A stretch of DNA of 64,000 nt. Origin: Catajapyx aquilonaris. Its lineage: Eukaryota. Below the pieces are notes generated by a model, which worked only from the letters and a program-made list of their open reading frames with translations, ran no database searches and had not been told where the DNA came from. The stretch is taken from assembly GCA_000934665.2 (NCBI GenBank), contig KZ538289.1, positions 62,001 to 126,000 on the forward strand, in the 5' to 3' direction. This document shows positions 35,355 through 50,790 of the stretch, piece after piece. A program made the position numbers and the translations under genes. Numbering within the stretch: position 1 is the first letter of the stretch; each line of letters begins with the position of its first letter.

Positions 35355-37749
35355 TTAACACTAATAATAGCTACAATTCTGTATGATTTCTTGGAAATAC
35401 TTGAATTTATGTTTATTTCACTTTTTTAAATTGTACTGTATTCATAGACCTTAAAAGAGCAATTTGGCATCAGTGGAATCCTTAGTAGGAATAGAGAGAT
35501 TTTCCACAGTCGTTCCTGACTTGTTGGGAACGTCAAAGGGACCTGTTCCAATTGCAATTTTATCGGCGATTTATTTTGATAGTAGGTTAAGACTCGGTTA
35601 AAATGCAGCGTTTCGAGTTGTAATGATGGACGTGGATGGAATCACAACTATTTTACAGTCGCAGATAAACCGTCGTCAGCACCAAGAAAACACGGTGGGG
35701 GGTAGGGGGGGTTCCAAATTCAATGGAAGGAGGCTGCTCTCGGTAATCAAAGAAACTTATTCCCTTTACCCTTTTCTAAGAATATTAAACGTGCCAAGTT
35801 CTCAGTTTTTGGAAAGTTTTGAAAAGGGAGTGGCGAAGTGGGAATTTGCTCCTTTCCCCCCCGGATTGGGACTGACTTTTAGAGAAATTGTGCCCGACAT
35901 CAACCTAGCTCATCTTAAAATCACCACTACTATTACATCTGTAGAAACTGCATATGTAGCTTGTTAATGATAAGGCTACTTTTGTATAGATGCTAAGAAA
36001 AACTGTGGTCGTTTCCAATAAAATTGGTGTCAAAATATTAAAATTTGCGACACACATTTTCAGCTCAAACCAATTTTTGGGCTACGCTTACAGCAAAAAA
36101 ATTAAAATTAGAAAACCCATATAAGTTTGAAAATTCAAATTGTACGTAATTAGATAACATAAGAGCAAAAAAGAAGTTACTTTCAACTACTGCTTTGACA
36201 TGGCGTGTATTGTCCTGTAACCATTTCAGGTCCATGCAGCCTGTACTAAAACGAATCATTTAATAATTATAGCTCTCCAATTAAAGCAGGGCTCCAAATT
36301 ATGACGCTGATTGAGGCTTCCCAAAAATACCGTACTTCACTCCACACATGGGTGAGCATGGAGATAACATACTATATGAATAGTACGCACTGTGTTATTA
36401 AACAGGGCCCCGCAAAGTGGGTGTACAAAAAGAATATTATTACTGCTAGCGTTTTGTCTTATTTAGTATTTACATCAAAAATGTACATTTTTTCTAAAAT
36501 TGATGATGATTTTCGTATGTCAAGCATTAACGCTAAGTAGTTACACGCCTGAGACTCAAAAATGTAATGACTGTTTACTCCGTAAAAAGCACTAACAATT
36601 TTTACAATGCAGTCGACAGTAATGGTCACAACGACGCAAGGAAGTAACAGAGTTATTTTTAAATAGTTTGTCGTCTGTTATCCCTGCAAAAATCACGTCG
36701 TTTTATTATTTCATTGCTATGTAAGTGTGAACATGCTTTGACGAACAGCACGTATCCGCCTCTACTCTACAAACTCCAAATATTAAACTAGCCACAGAAT
36801 ACAAAATAGCTTTAGATTAATATTTCGCATTTCCACAAAGTTGCATTATTCCACGTCCATATTCACAGAATATGTTTGTTAGTTGCGGTTTTCTTACAGA
36901 GGGAGCAACTATATCCACTAATATTCTATTCAGAATTTAATAACAAGTTGTGTAAATGAACACAAATTAAACATATGAGGCCTACACGTATTGTCAACAA
37001 TATGCGTTTGGCACATCAAAAAATAATAATTTTTAATTTAAAAATTTTGCCAAAACTATACTATTCACTAAGTCCTACTTTTTTGCCTGGTGACACTACA
37101 AATCTGCACTATTACTTTTGCTGCCAATTGGCTTAGGCTTGTGGAATGACTACTCATCACACTTTAGCTACATACCCCTCCTCTTCCTCAAAAAAAAAAA
37201 AAAAAAACTCCCCATTCCCTCCACCAGGGGGAAAGCAAATTATGTTTCCAACACCTCTGGCTGCTGTTTCAAGTTTATCACGCGGGGAAGTTAAATAGAA
37301 TTCGGATGACGAGTGACGAGCAAGAAAAGTTTAATTACTGAGGCTCTGGGATGGGGTGTATAGGGGGGCGGGTGATGGGCTCCCAAGTCTGATGAGTGGG
37401 TTGGGAGGCTGGGGGGATATGGTGGTGCCGTCGGGACGGAATCATCTCTTTTTTGGGGGGTTGGAAATGCCAGTTACTCCCAGTTAGACTCGGTTTATTG
37501 GGGTTGGTGTCATAATCTGCCCAGTTACATGCGGCCCGATGTATGGCCGCACGATTGGCCACAAAAAGGAACCCGGTGGTTGCTGATATCTGCGGAGAAT
37601 TGCGACTTACTGCGGACCCCCTTTTTTTGGCGGGAAAGTAGATGGCGCTATGGGCTAGACGCCATTTTGAAATGTTCAACTGTAAAATTGGATCTGCAAA
37701 TATTTTATAACATCAGGCTGTGATTCGTTACCGAAATCGCTCCAATAAT

Positions 37750-37927
37750 GTAAATACAGCTTGAGAAAATAACAGCAAATTTTATGATCACTATCAGCAC
37801 AAATAACTGGTAATTTTTATCGCTTTTAGTAAAAATTACCACGTAAATACAGCTTGAGAAAATAACAGCGAATATTTTGATCACTGTCAGCCAAATAACT
37901 GGTAATTTTGATGGCTTTTAGTAAAAA
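37750..37927. repeat. Tandem duplication with ~93-bp period
   Basis: gtaaatacagcttgagaaaataacagc...caaataactggtaatttt...gcttttagtaaaa, twice. Confidence 0.88.
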
Positions 37928-38930
37928 CTAAAAACTTTCCCCGTTAAAAACTACCCCTAATGATGGTATTTAATGAAATGTGTATAAGATAACTAATAAT
38001 TTTTGATTACTGGTAGTAAAATAACTGGTAATTTTTGATAACTGACAAACGATCGCTGTCAAAAAATAACTGCTATTTTCATCACTGTTACAATAACAGC
38101 TTTTTCCACATCCTTAAAATGTGGGAGAGCGTCAAGCACAACTCATGTCATTACCCATTTGCCCATAGCAATAAGCACTCCTCTCTCAAATACTCCTCGC
38201 CAAAGGGCCGCGTGCATTACACCGAACTACTGTAACATGCGACTTAACCCAAAGGTGAACACTCATGCAAAGTGCGCTTTGCACTTAAAGTAATTTGCGC
38301 AATTCGCACACACAATATTGCAGTAGGTAGCTGCAAGGAAACTTGCTGTGCTCTCTATATAGGTTCCAGAAAGTGGCTCGGTAGATTAATATTTTAAGAT
38401 TGGCATATATAGTTGGAAAACAGAGTGTGCTTTTCGCGTCCGGTGGATAGCTGTGATTGGTGCAAACCTCATCAACCCAGCGACGCCCCGTGTAAACCCA
38501 TCTTTCAGATCAAGACCACTCTTCCTCCTTTTAAACTCCCCATATCCGCCGATAGAATAATCGCATCTTTCCGGTGATCTCAAGAAGCGGAAAGTATTAG
38601 CGTCCGCCGCAGGAAATTGTTTTCGTAACGTCCTAACGAATCTCGTGGAATGAGCGCGATTATCAAAGAAATTGCATTACCATCGACCAACCTTCAAAAA
38701 CAATCTCATAGCCCTATACACTTTCACCCCATTAAAATAAAAAAAATAAGTTAATAATAATATACGTACAAACATGAACAGAAAATATATTAACAGCATG
38801 CATAAAATACACAAAATAAATAGAGAATAATATGTGTCCAGACTTTTGGGTCACCCTGCATAATAAATGCATAATGAAGTATGCCATTAGTAAAATGCGA
38901 AATAAAATATTAATAAAATTAAAATTAATT

Positions 38931-39077
38931 AAGTAAATTTTAAGAATAATTCAGTAATATTAATATTATCAAGTAAATTTTAAGAATAATTAAGTAATAT
39001 TGATATTATCAAGTAAATTTTAAGAATAATTAAGTAATATTAAAATTGATATTATCAAGTAAATTTTAAGAATAATT
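38931..39077. repeat. AT-rich ~40-bp tandem repeat
   Basis: aagtaaattttaagaataatt recurs 4 times. Confidence 0.9.
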
Positions 39078-42000
39078 ACGTAAAATTAAAATAAAATAGA
39101 TAAGCTTTGCAATAAATGAGTCAATGGCATAAAATATATTACTAGAATTTATAATCATAAAAAATTCTAAGGGGGGGTCCCATCTTGACCAAAATCTCCA
39201 ATCAACATGGCCACAAAATTCCTCGACACCCCTCATTAGTGGGACCCTCATCTCTTCTTCTTTTTTTTCAATTTTTTTTTTTTGTTTCAGCCATACCTCC
39301 GGTCCTGAGGTCAACCCAATCGCGTTTCCATCTCTTCTTCGGCTTGCTGCACCACACCTCAAAAAGCCCACCCCAAAAAATCAATGTCACACTCATTTCC
39401 CTCGCTGCTTCCGAGATAATTCCGCTGCCTGTTGAATTTCACCCCCACTATTTGTTCACGCTGGAAAGCAAAGATTTATGCGGCTCATGGTTCGTGCAGA
39501 CCCCGTGGAAAAAAAACCCCCGGGTTTTGTCGGGTTAAAAAAAAAAAAAAAAAAACGAGAGAAGAGTTGCGCTTTTTATGGCTCGCCCGGTGGTGTGGGT
39601 TGGCTCACTTTGCCGGTGTCAAGATGGATAGAATTAGGGATTAGCGGGTGTTTTTGAGGCCTCAAAGCTGGGATCTTGCACCAGAAAGTCTCATCACTCA
39701 GGTGAGTATTGTCAGGTGAAATTACCATATGTAAAAAAAAAATCACACCTGTAATAGTGATAGCACTTGTACGCGATTGATGGAAAAGGGTCGTTGAAAT
39801 TCTGCACAATAGATGTGAAGAACTATCATTTTCACTGCACTACAATCTATGGCCCTCTTCACCTGAATCAGCTCTTCATAAAATATCTATATTGCTCCAA
39901 TTTGTGGTTGTTCAAACAAAATGGGCCGATTGAAATTTTAGTGTAAAAAACTGAGTACCGTACACAAAATATTTGTATTGAAATATCAGAACAAATTAAT
40001 TCCAGGTTCGTGAGTCTGTTTGATAACTGATATCGGCCGATAGCAGTTATCAAAAATATTACACATATACAAATAAAATTATAACAACCATGTAGAAAAA
40101 AACATAAAATGCGCCACATATTTTCATTAAATTTCAGATGATAGAACCAGTCCTATGCCATTCATAATCGGCCTCATTCTTACACTCCCAAACCAGCGAA
40201 GTTCCGGAGGAAGCTCGTAATAGAGACATCCTCCAACATTTTTTTTTCTCCCCTTAACCTAAATAAGACGTCAGATACCAGCTTGCGCCAGGTGGGCAAC
40301 GTACATACGTATATCATCCCCCCCTTTCATACACACACAAAAAAATAATTTGAAACCCCTCCCACCAATCTCACCTTCCAGCCAAATATGATATCATCTT
40401 GATATCGTGATGGGAAATTAGGAAGGTGGGCTCGTGAACCGCGGCTCACGTCACGAACGGAGCAGTGAATAAGGGAATTAAGCTTTTTATCGTACTGTAC
40501 ATCTCGGTGTTAACAGCAGGATATGTGACATTAACACGTGCTCCTGACATGCGAGCCAATTTGCCAGCAGCAGCGTTATTCACGGCGGTCGCTTGGCTTC
40601 TCCAGGTTCCTCTGGTTCTATATATGCGATGCAATAATGCTGAGTTGGAGAGAGAGATTTCGATGGTGGAAAAGTTATTGTTATTGAAGCTGAAGGGTAT
40701 GGGAACTTATAGACCTCACAGGTGCCTCACAGGTGCCTCACAGATGCGTTTTTTGAGGAATTGCTGCATTCCCGTTTTACGCCCTGAATATTGGTTTCCT
40801 TTGAGTTAGAAATCAGTGAAAAACCTGCCGCATTTTTGCCGTTCAAAAGTTTCCGATGCATTTATAGAGTCCATTAAAAATCTAAAGAATATTGCAAAAG
40901 TGCGACTTTCCATCATTATGGTAGTTGTGATACCTATTTTTTAAGTGTGAACCAAAAATTGTTGTGTACGTAACAAAAATGTTTTTCAAAGTCGCTTTTC
41001 AATATTCCCATGAAAATTAACAGGTCGCAAGATAAATGCGCTAAGTTGTGACTATACGAGTATAATGTGGAAACAACAGTTTAAATTAAAACTCAAACTC
41101 TATCTTTTAAAAAACCATATTATTGAGCCAAGTAAACACTTAACCGGCACTGAATTTCACGTACACCTGAGACCTGATGTATTAAAATTACGACACATGT
41201 TATTTGTATGCTATAGACTATATTTTAGGTGATTACGTGTAATTCGCTGCTATTGTCACGCACTCACATCATAAGTCAGACAATTACTTAAAAATCTGAT
41301 TTCACAAAATGAAACGGAAAGTAACATTTTCCATTTTGCCTCATCACGGCATAATTCCACACACACAAAGCTCTCACCTACGCTTAAATTACAATCGGCG
41401 TACTAAGTTAGCCCGGATTTACAACACATGACAACCCGCGCTTGCAGATAGAAACATTTTCACTGCTTGAAGTCTTTAACGCCCTGCAGCTGTCGGCAAA
41501 TTAAAAAGTCGAAAATGCCGTCTGTTACACCCACTCCCGGCATGTTACCGCTTAGTAATACCAGGCCACCACCAGAAGTAAGCCCATTTCAATCATGTAT
41601 GAGTTAATAATGACATTAGGAGTGGCATAAAAAAAACAAGGGTTCTCAACATTTCATAATCCGATGATCATCGCGTTAACACCAAGGGGGTGAGGTGTGG
41701 ACAGGGTGATTTGCATATATTCTGGGCTTACCCTGCGGTAAGAGCTCCCCGGGTCCAAAAGCATATCCAAAAAATTAATTCCTTAATCCCTTCCCGGTTA
41801 ATGATAATTACCATAAATTACGTCACTGTTTAAGTAGTCAGTTCCATTGATTCCTATATAGTCCCCGCGAAAAAGGCCCGCAAGCACCTCATTATTTCAT
41901 TCCATTACGAAACAATATTATCGCAAGAGAGTTAATGCCATAAAAATAATAATCCACAGCAAAAATTCTTCCCTCTCTCGGGAGCCACGATCCTAAACCT

Positions 42001-42827
42001 ATAGACTAGGTAATAATGAAGTGGAAAGTATGTGGAATATGATATTTCGCTCTAGTTTTTTTTTTTTTTCCCAGCTCTCTAACTCGCTTTTCCCCACCAC
42101 CGCCACCCAGCGACCAGAACCATCCCCTGTTCTTTTCATTTGCAGAATCCGGAGATTAATTTACTGTTTACACATTCAATATATCCCTAGCCCTTGCCCC
42201 CCTACCCCCGCCGGCGCTTTTTCTCATATTATATGGATGGGGATCATGAGGGAATGTAAGCATGTGTGCCTTGTGTGCATGTGTGGAGAGATGTTGCCTC
42301 CGCTTTTTTTCCACCCCTCAGATAATAATTCTGGCATATATACAGTGTTGACAATCTGCAGGTTTTTACACACTCGGTTTTTACTATATAACTAGGCTCA
42401 TACGGGATTGTAGATGAATTGTAATTTGCGCAATATTTAGGCTGATCCACGCGATTTCGTGGATTCACGAATTCGGTGCTTCGCGGGGATTCTCGAATTC
42501 GATGCTTCGCGCTATTTCGGGGATTCTCGAAATTCGTTGCTTCGCGGAACTGCAGATTTTCTGATTGTCGATTCACCTGGTGAAATATCGTAAACTTTAA
42601 GAAGTGACCCGTTTTTCAGTGCAATTGGCGAATTTTGGCGCGAGTGCATCTTTGGCAAGTGAGGCCGTATATTTCGGGCCGGGGGTTCTTTTCCGGCCGG
42701 CACACCACCGACGTCTCCCCAATCCAGACCTGGTGCCTGCCATCCAGCCACTCACTTGGCTCCTCCTGAGTAGCACCCCCTGCGTTTTTCCACCCCCTCA
42801 CCCACCCACCCACCCCGCCTCCCCCTA

Positions 42828-43760
<933 letters not shown>

Positions 43761-46700
43761 TTTCCAACCCTCCCCCACCACCACCACCACCTACCCTCCT
43801 CCACCCCCCCCCCACCAACTCCCACCAGACCTCCCCCACCAACCCCCATCCCACCCACAACCCTTTCCATCCACCCTCCATGTACTCTGCTGTACACTCT
43901 GCCTCTGCAACCAGCCCCCGGACTGGTATTATGAAGAGACAACAATCGGGGTCTGCAACAAGTTGGCATCACTGATGGGGGAATTGGCATCTTGGGAGGA
44001 ATGGTCCCAAAATTTCGGATTTCGCAATTGATTGGAATAGCAGCTAATATTTTCAGGCTATGAAAGTAGCCACCCCCACAGTTTGAAAAATTCCAGTCGA
44101 AAAAAGAGCCGGAAAAGTTTTTCGCTGAATTTTCTTCCAAAAAGTAGAGATGACATTTTATGAATGCTTTTTTTTAAAAATGTTGTGCAACAAGTTGCTT
44201 TATGTACAATCTATCACAAAAACTTTTGACCACTTTTCCTTTCATTTTTGGACCAAAAACTTTTTGTGACACATAGTACACCGCGTAACTCAATAGCTAT
44301 CCAAAAAACAAGCCAGCTCAAATATTGGTTTCCAGCACGCATGTTTGCGTACAGCATAATCCAAAAACTAGTCAAAATGTGGACACACAGAAGCCATCCG
44401 GCTCATTGGCCCACAATCGACAAATGTCCAATCTCTCCTCGCCCTCCCCCTCCCATCCCCTCTCCCCTCTCCCCCATCCCTGCTGATCCCTCGCATGCTT
44501 TTGAAGAAGTTTAATCATGAGCCCGTTTAAACGACAATGGGCGGTGCTTGGTTGATCGATAGAATGAGGCCCCCCCCCCCATGACCATCCAACTCCCCAC
44601 CCAGAGGACCTCTAAAGGGGTGGGGGGGGGGGTGCTATAACTACTAGTTCCAATAGTAGCCTACTCCAAAAAATTTAAATTCCAAATCTTTTTTAGGTTG
44701 GCTGGTGCCTTTGCTTACCTTCCCTTAGTTACTGCTAACTATTTTTGGCTCTATGTCGTTCCATGAAAGTGCCGTCGCAGGAGCTTGTTGGGCAAAGACG
44801 GCCGCCTAGAGATACATGTAGAAGAAGACATTTTTTCAAACTGGAGGACACTGGTCAGATGTACTGGACGTGTGACATTGTTCAGCACTCTCTTCTTGAA
44901 CATTTGTGACACCCGGTATTTAGCTGGAGAGTAATGGCTTCATAATACGGCCAATCAGTAATACAGTAGCGGCGTTAATTTCAGCTCTTTTGATGAGCGC
45001 TTTTTTTTTTAAAAAAAAAAAAAGAACTGTATATGGGAGATGGAAAAACCGCGATTTTTTTTCCGTATCAAATCCTGGAGATCATCTGGTAAAAAGAATG
45101 CTGCATTAAACGCATACCTAGGCCGGAACGGCAATATACTTTACAGGAACATATATGCCTGCAACACACCGTACTCATTTAGTGGCGCTTAATGTGAGTC
45201 CACATGGTTTGTTTATTAACGTGCAGTGGTTCCACTCTAGGCCTGCTTGTAAGCTGTATATCAAAGAGAAAGTCTCAGTTTTTGAAAAAAATTTGCAAAG
45301 TAAAGGATGCCGTCACAATGTATTCATCCTGGTATGACGCAACCCAACTGTCAATTTTGAGATTTATTTTATTTTATTTATTTTGTTTACCCCGTGAGGT
45401 CACTACTAGGCTAGGTTGTCAGACACCTCCAAGGTGCGGGTCAGAGACCCCCCCTACGCAGGTGAAAGGGAACTCCAAGGCGGGGATCACCTGGGACCTT
45501 TCGCTCAATTTTGAGATTACAAACGTTGATTTTTCTGGCCACTCCCTATATGTCAGATTGATGAAGATTGGGACACATTCACATATGGAAGCTCAGCTTT
45601 AAGCGCCACCCACTTTCTCTCTCCCTACACCCCCCCCCCCACCCCCCTCTCATAAAACATGCGGCCGGCTCGAAGCCCATTACAGGATTGCACGGGAGAT
45701 CGACTTTTGGGTCGCCTCTACTTTGGGCGAAAATCAAACCAAAATGCCCACCAAACTGTATCTCACGTGGCCTGGAGGGGTGAGGGTAAAGGGGTGGAAA
45801 GGGATGACGGAGATGGTGGGGCCCAAAATGGGGATCCATACGTTTGGTATTCCGGAAATTTTCCATTTACAGATTCCCGTTCACGTTCCAAGTTGCGAGG
45901 ATGGAGAAACAACTCTGGAGGTAGGGTAGTTTTGGTCGGTTGGGTTTTGGCGGGAGTAGGGAGTGTGGGGAGAGGCGGGGGGGGTTTACTCCCGCCAAAC
46001 CCCTGGTGGCTTGTGAGGGAACTTCCATGGGTTGTAGGGTTTGTGCGGGTCATGTTTCAGATATATAGGGTTGAGCTTATGCAGGGTTGAGTTTTAACGT
46101 AATTTTTAAATTGTTATGGAAATATATGTCAAAAAATGTTTCGGACAGTTGGTATTATGGCACTATGCAACCTTCAGCACTTTAGTTAGGTGATTATACC
46201 TTATTTTTCTCTTGCTATACAAACATATTCTTGGTTTTAAAAAGAAATTAGGCACCAACTTGCCAAAATTATGCAAAATTGCGAAAGTGGAGAGAGAGAG
46301 AGAGAGAGATGCGGACCAGGCAGCGACATCCGACGGTGAAGTACCGAAGTCTAAGTCGCCACCCAGGAGGTGGCGCCCCGCGCCCGGAACGGCGGAAACG
46401 GCAATTCCGTGGAAAGGTCGTAGTCGGGTTTTTTTTGAGGCGGTCGGCGTTTTTTTGCGCTTTATAAATTTCCTGGACACTATTTCCAAAAAACCTAATT
46501 TTATTGCAAATATAGAAAACGCCGGCTAAATTTTGACACCACTCTCAATGCTGTAGGCCGTACGGTGCGGGAGAAGTGGGAACACTCCGGTATTAATAAT
46601 ATAGATACAAAAAAATGCTTCAGGTAAACAGATCAGATCAGACTAAATACTACAAACTATACATTTCTGCCATAGGGCAATGAGAGTAAATTTAGCTTCT

Positions 46701-47359
46701 ATTAATACTGTAAACATATGTGTCACTCGGGAGCAGTTGGTGAATCAGGAGAGCCAAAAACACACGTGAGTGATTTACAGCCTCACATGTTGGAACAGCG
46801 TGTCATTCAGGTTACTAAACTACTTGGCAGTATTAGACACTTGGCCTTGCTTTTCTGTGCCAAGTACATTTGCGAAAAAAGCCAAAATTTGAGGCGACAA
46901 TAAACATTAGCCTAAATACGCTGTTTGTTGTTCTGACACCTTTGAACACATATTGGCCAATATTTTACTCGCAAAAAATACACTTCTCTTTTGTAAGTGT
47001 ATGTTGTAATTGAATGGCACAACTTATTTTTGGGTAGTAGACTTGACTTATTGCCTAGTTCAGCCATAACTCACTCCCAGATAGGAACTTCGGTATCCTT
47101 CTCGACCCATCTCAAAGGTATAGGAAAGTTCCCCATTTTTCTTCTCCCCCTGAATTCGCCGGTCCAGAATCTCTGCAAAGCGACGTAGGTTTTAAAAAGG
47201 GGAATAAAATCCGCATAAAAACCGATCGTAAATTTTCCTCACTGACAGTAAAACCTGAAGAAATCAAAGGGGTTCTCCGCATCGACCAACACGACGTAAG
47301 ATTGCAACAATCAATGGTGTCCCTCAAATTGTTATCTTATTACGCCAATTGAATAAAAC

Positions 47360-47488
47360 AATATCCAAATTATTGACTAAATATCCAAATTGACTAAATA
47401 TCCAAATTGACTAAATATCCTAATTGACTAAATATCCTAATTGACTAAATATCCTAATTGACTAAATATCCTAATTGACTAAATATCC
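47360..47488. repeat. 17-bp tandem array
   Basis: About 7 units of ctaaatatcc(a/t)aattga. Confidence 0.93.
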
Positions 47489-50189
47489 CCCCAAAAATTC
47501 TATACATAATCATAGATTTTCTTCAACTCTTCGGTGACATTTGTTTCTATAGAATGACACTTTGTTCTGAAAATGCGACGTAGAAGCTTCGTGTCTGTTT
47601 GTCCCATCAGAAGATGACCTTCCTGGAAGCCTGATGGGTAGGGGGTCTTTGCAACAAACTAAGTCAAGAGAAGAGGGGGGCGTGAATGAGGCCACCAGCC
47701 TCCCGCCTTCGCCACGGGACCCCCATTACTTAGTGACGTCTTTATGAGAGAGTAACAAACGGCTCTAGTGAGCCAGCCACGCCTCATTCGACCGCTGCTG
47801 GCCACCGGGTATCCTCAGGGTCAGGACAGGTTCAAACTGATGGACCCCTTTTGCAGGTGGGAGAATCGCAACAAGGTGACCCAAAATGTGACCAGTTGCA
47901 CCGCAGTGTCGACAAAATAGGTTGGTAAACAAACTTGTGGTCTACGTTTGTAAGAAAATTCAAAAATGTCATTTTGAAGTCGACTTAGAGTATTTTTAAA
48001 ATATATAAATATATTTGAGACGTATACCTCGCGGGATGGTGTTGGCGCCTGCACGGTATGAACCTATGCGGAATTTGCTCTTTGTGTCTATTGTGTGAGA
48101 GTCGTGATACAATCCGACTCCGGGCTAGTCTTATAAACAGGTAGCTTCGAACAAGTTGATGGACCACGACCCTGATGACCTGAGGAGATCAATCATCATG
48201 CAGCGATTTACTGTAGAGTAAATCGCGAATATGAGCTGTTTTCAAACTGACAGCAAATTCGCCAATTTAGAGTTAAAGTTAACTCAAAATTATTTCTTAA
48301 AACTAGAACTGGTCTTAAATTTAATTCAACCATTTTAGTACTTATATTGAAGTGTTGCCCAACCTTTCACAATGCAGGGTTGAGTTTAGAAGGGATGTCC
48401 CCTTGACAAAAGCTGCAGTGTAAGATAACTGTCCTGGAGTGGTAGTGTCCTCGAACAGGACCCTGGGCTGGCACCCCGGGCAGAACGATTCTTTCGAGCA
48501 GGATTTCACAGCCGTCAAGTCCTGAGAGTCTGGAGGCTGCCCCCCGACTGCTTTATTGCCCCTCTTGGACTCCTCTTGCCACCATTTGTCTCGCTCATCC
48601 CTGCCAACCATTTTTTTTTTGTAGTGTAGAGGAAGCACAACATCCCCTTCACTCCATACAGTGGACAACGGTGCTCTCTACAATAGTTCACACTATTTTT
48701 TAAAAACTAAAAATCGATTTATCATGTGGGGTTAGTTGGTATTGCCTGCCTAAGCATTATTAACTGCTTGCGTGGTGTCAACAACGCAATGAGGTTTGGA
48801 TTGGATAATTAAATGTTATTCTTTCACGTCATTCGATGATTAAATATTGAGTTTTAAACCTCGGATCCAACAGTACTATAGGTAAATTATTTTAGGTTTT
48901 TCCCCCGCACTTTTGGGATAGCAACCAGTGTATTTGGATGTCATGGCTCAAAAATTTGTATAAAATATTGTGTTCAAATTGATTGAACATGATTATTTTC
49001 AATCTTCACGGACCTTACCCAGATACATAAACTGGTTGACCTGTTCAACCAGTTTGTACCTGCAATTGCAAGTTCAATGATAATATTAATTTGCATCAGC
49101 GTCCACTGGCCTCTGGACAAGCTTTGTTTGAATAGTGCTGTGAAAATTTGAGCGTGTTATGGCGCATCTGAACACAAAGAGAGTATATAGAGAGAGGGAC
49201 GTAAAAACGAGCAATCACAACCCCAGATGTGGGTGTCAGGCAGCGGAACACAGACAGCAAAATCCAATATTATTTTCACGATTTTCAAGTCCTAAAACTA
49301 ATTATTGCATAATCAGGCATAATGGCGTAGTAGAAGAGGTCATTTCCTGCCAATTGCACCATGCATTGACATCGATATGTACCGCTCGCGTCGGAGAGTT
49401 TGCGTCATTACAAAACGTGTGTGTGTGTGTGTCGATTCCATTTACCAACCCATTTTGAATCGAATTGTTGTCGGTGTTTCGAAGCACAACTATCACGTTC
49501 AGCAAAGGAAGGTGCAAGTGCCTTTTTGTGTCCAACTTCATCACGGACACCTGGTTCCCATAGTTTAGTTGCAAAGCCCACCCCCGAAATAAAAGTTAAC
49601 TACTATATACCCCGGCCACCCTTAGGGCGAACGGGCTGACATCCGCGCATTGATGTCACTCTAATTTGATCACAGCTGTCATTTCCACTATTTACGCCAA
49701 TCGATCAGACCGATGGGACTAAACCCCCCCCCCCCCTTTCCAACCTACCCACCCTCTACACATACACACACATGCTCGGCCCTTTACTTCCCAGGGGACC
49801 TGTCCAACACTGAACCCATCCATCCATCCCATAGTACCTGTGTGCTGGACACACGTACACACTAGGCTCTGATAATTCCCGGGGCACAAAGGCCAACAAT
49901 GCCTGGCCTTTGTTGCGAGTGACGAGCCCAAATTGGCGGAGGCGTCGACTTCGCCCGCCTTCAATCATTCGGTCGGCTGAGTGTCCAACGGGATTGGGTG
50001 TCTGGCACTTGGTCGCTGTCGCCTGCTGCGTGGTCTCCGTGACAGCGTTGGTCACCTACGTGACAGGCCTGCTCGATACTCCCCGAAAATTTAAATATCG
50101 CGGTGCAGACATCGATGTTACAAATTTATGGTCGAATTATGCAAGCCTATGACTCTAACGACATAATATATTATCTGCAAATGTATAAA

Positions 50190-50790
50190 TTAAAAAGACA
50201 ATATATCGATAAGTCGATATAATCGATAAATAAATAGAAATACAATATATCGATAAGATATATCAATAGAGAAATAAATAAAAATACAATATATCGATAA
50301 GATATATCAATAGAGAAATAAATAAAAATACAATATATCGATAAGATATATCGATAGAAAAATAAATAAAAATACAATATATCGATAAGATATATCGATA
50401 GAAAAATAAATAAAAATACAATATATCGATAAGATAGAGAAATAAATAAAAGTACAATATATAGATAGGTCGATATATCAATACAGCGAGAAATAAAACT
50501 ATATCGATAAATATACAAATATATCGATGTATTGTGAAATTGTTATATCAAGAAATCGAGAAATTGAGAAACAAATAAAACGATGCATTGAGAACTATGT
50601 AAATATATTTATGTATTGTTAAATCGATATATCAATAAATCGAGAAATTGAAATAAAACGATGCATCGAAATTTATAAAATATCGATTATCAATAAATCG
50701 ATGCATCGAAAAATGTACAAATCAATAAACCGATGTATTGTTAAATCGATATATCAATAAACCGATATATCGAGATATCGAACACATCTT
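50190..50790. repeat. TCGA-rich satellite with a 46-bp unit grading into degenerate units
   Basis: aatacaatatatcgataagatatatc(a/g)ataga(g/a)aaataaataaa about 5 times, then atcgat/tcga-rich sequence. Confidence 0.88.
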
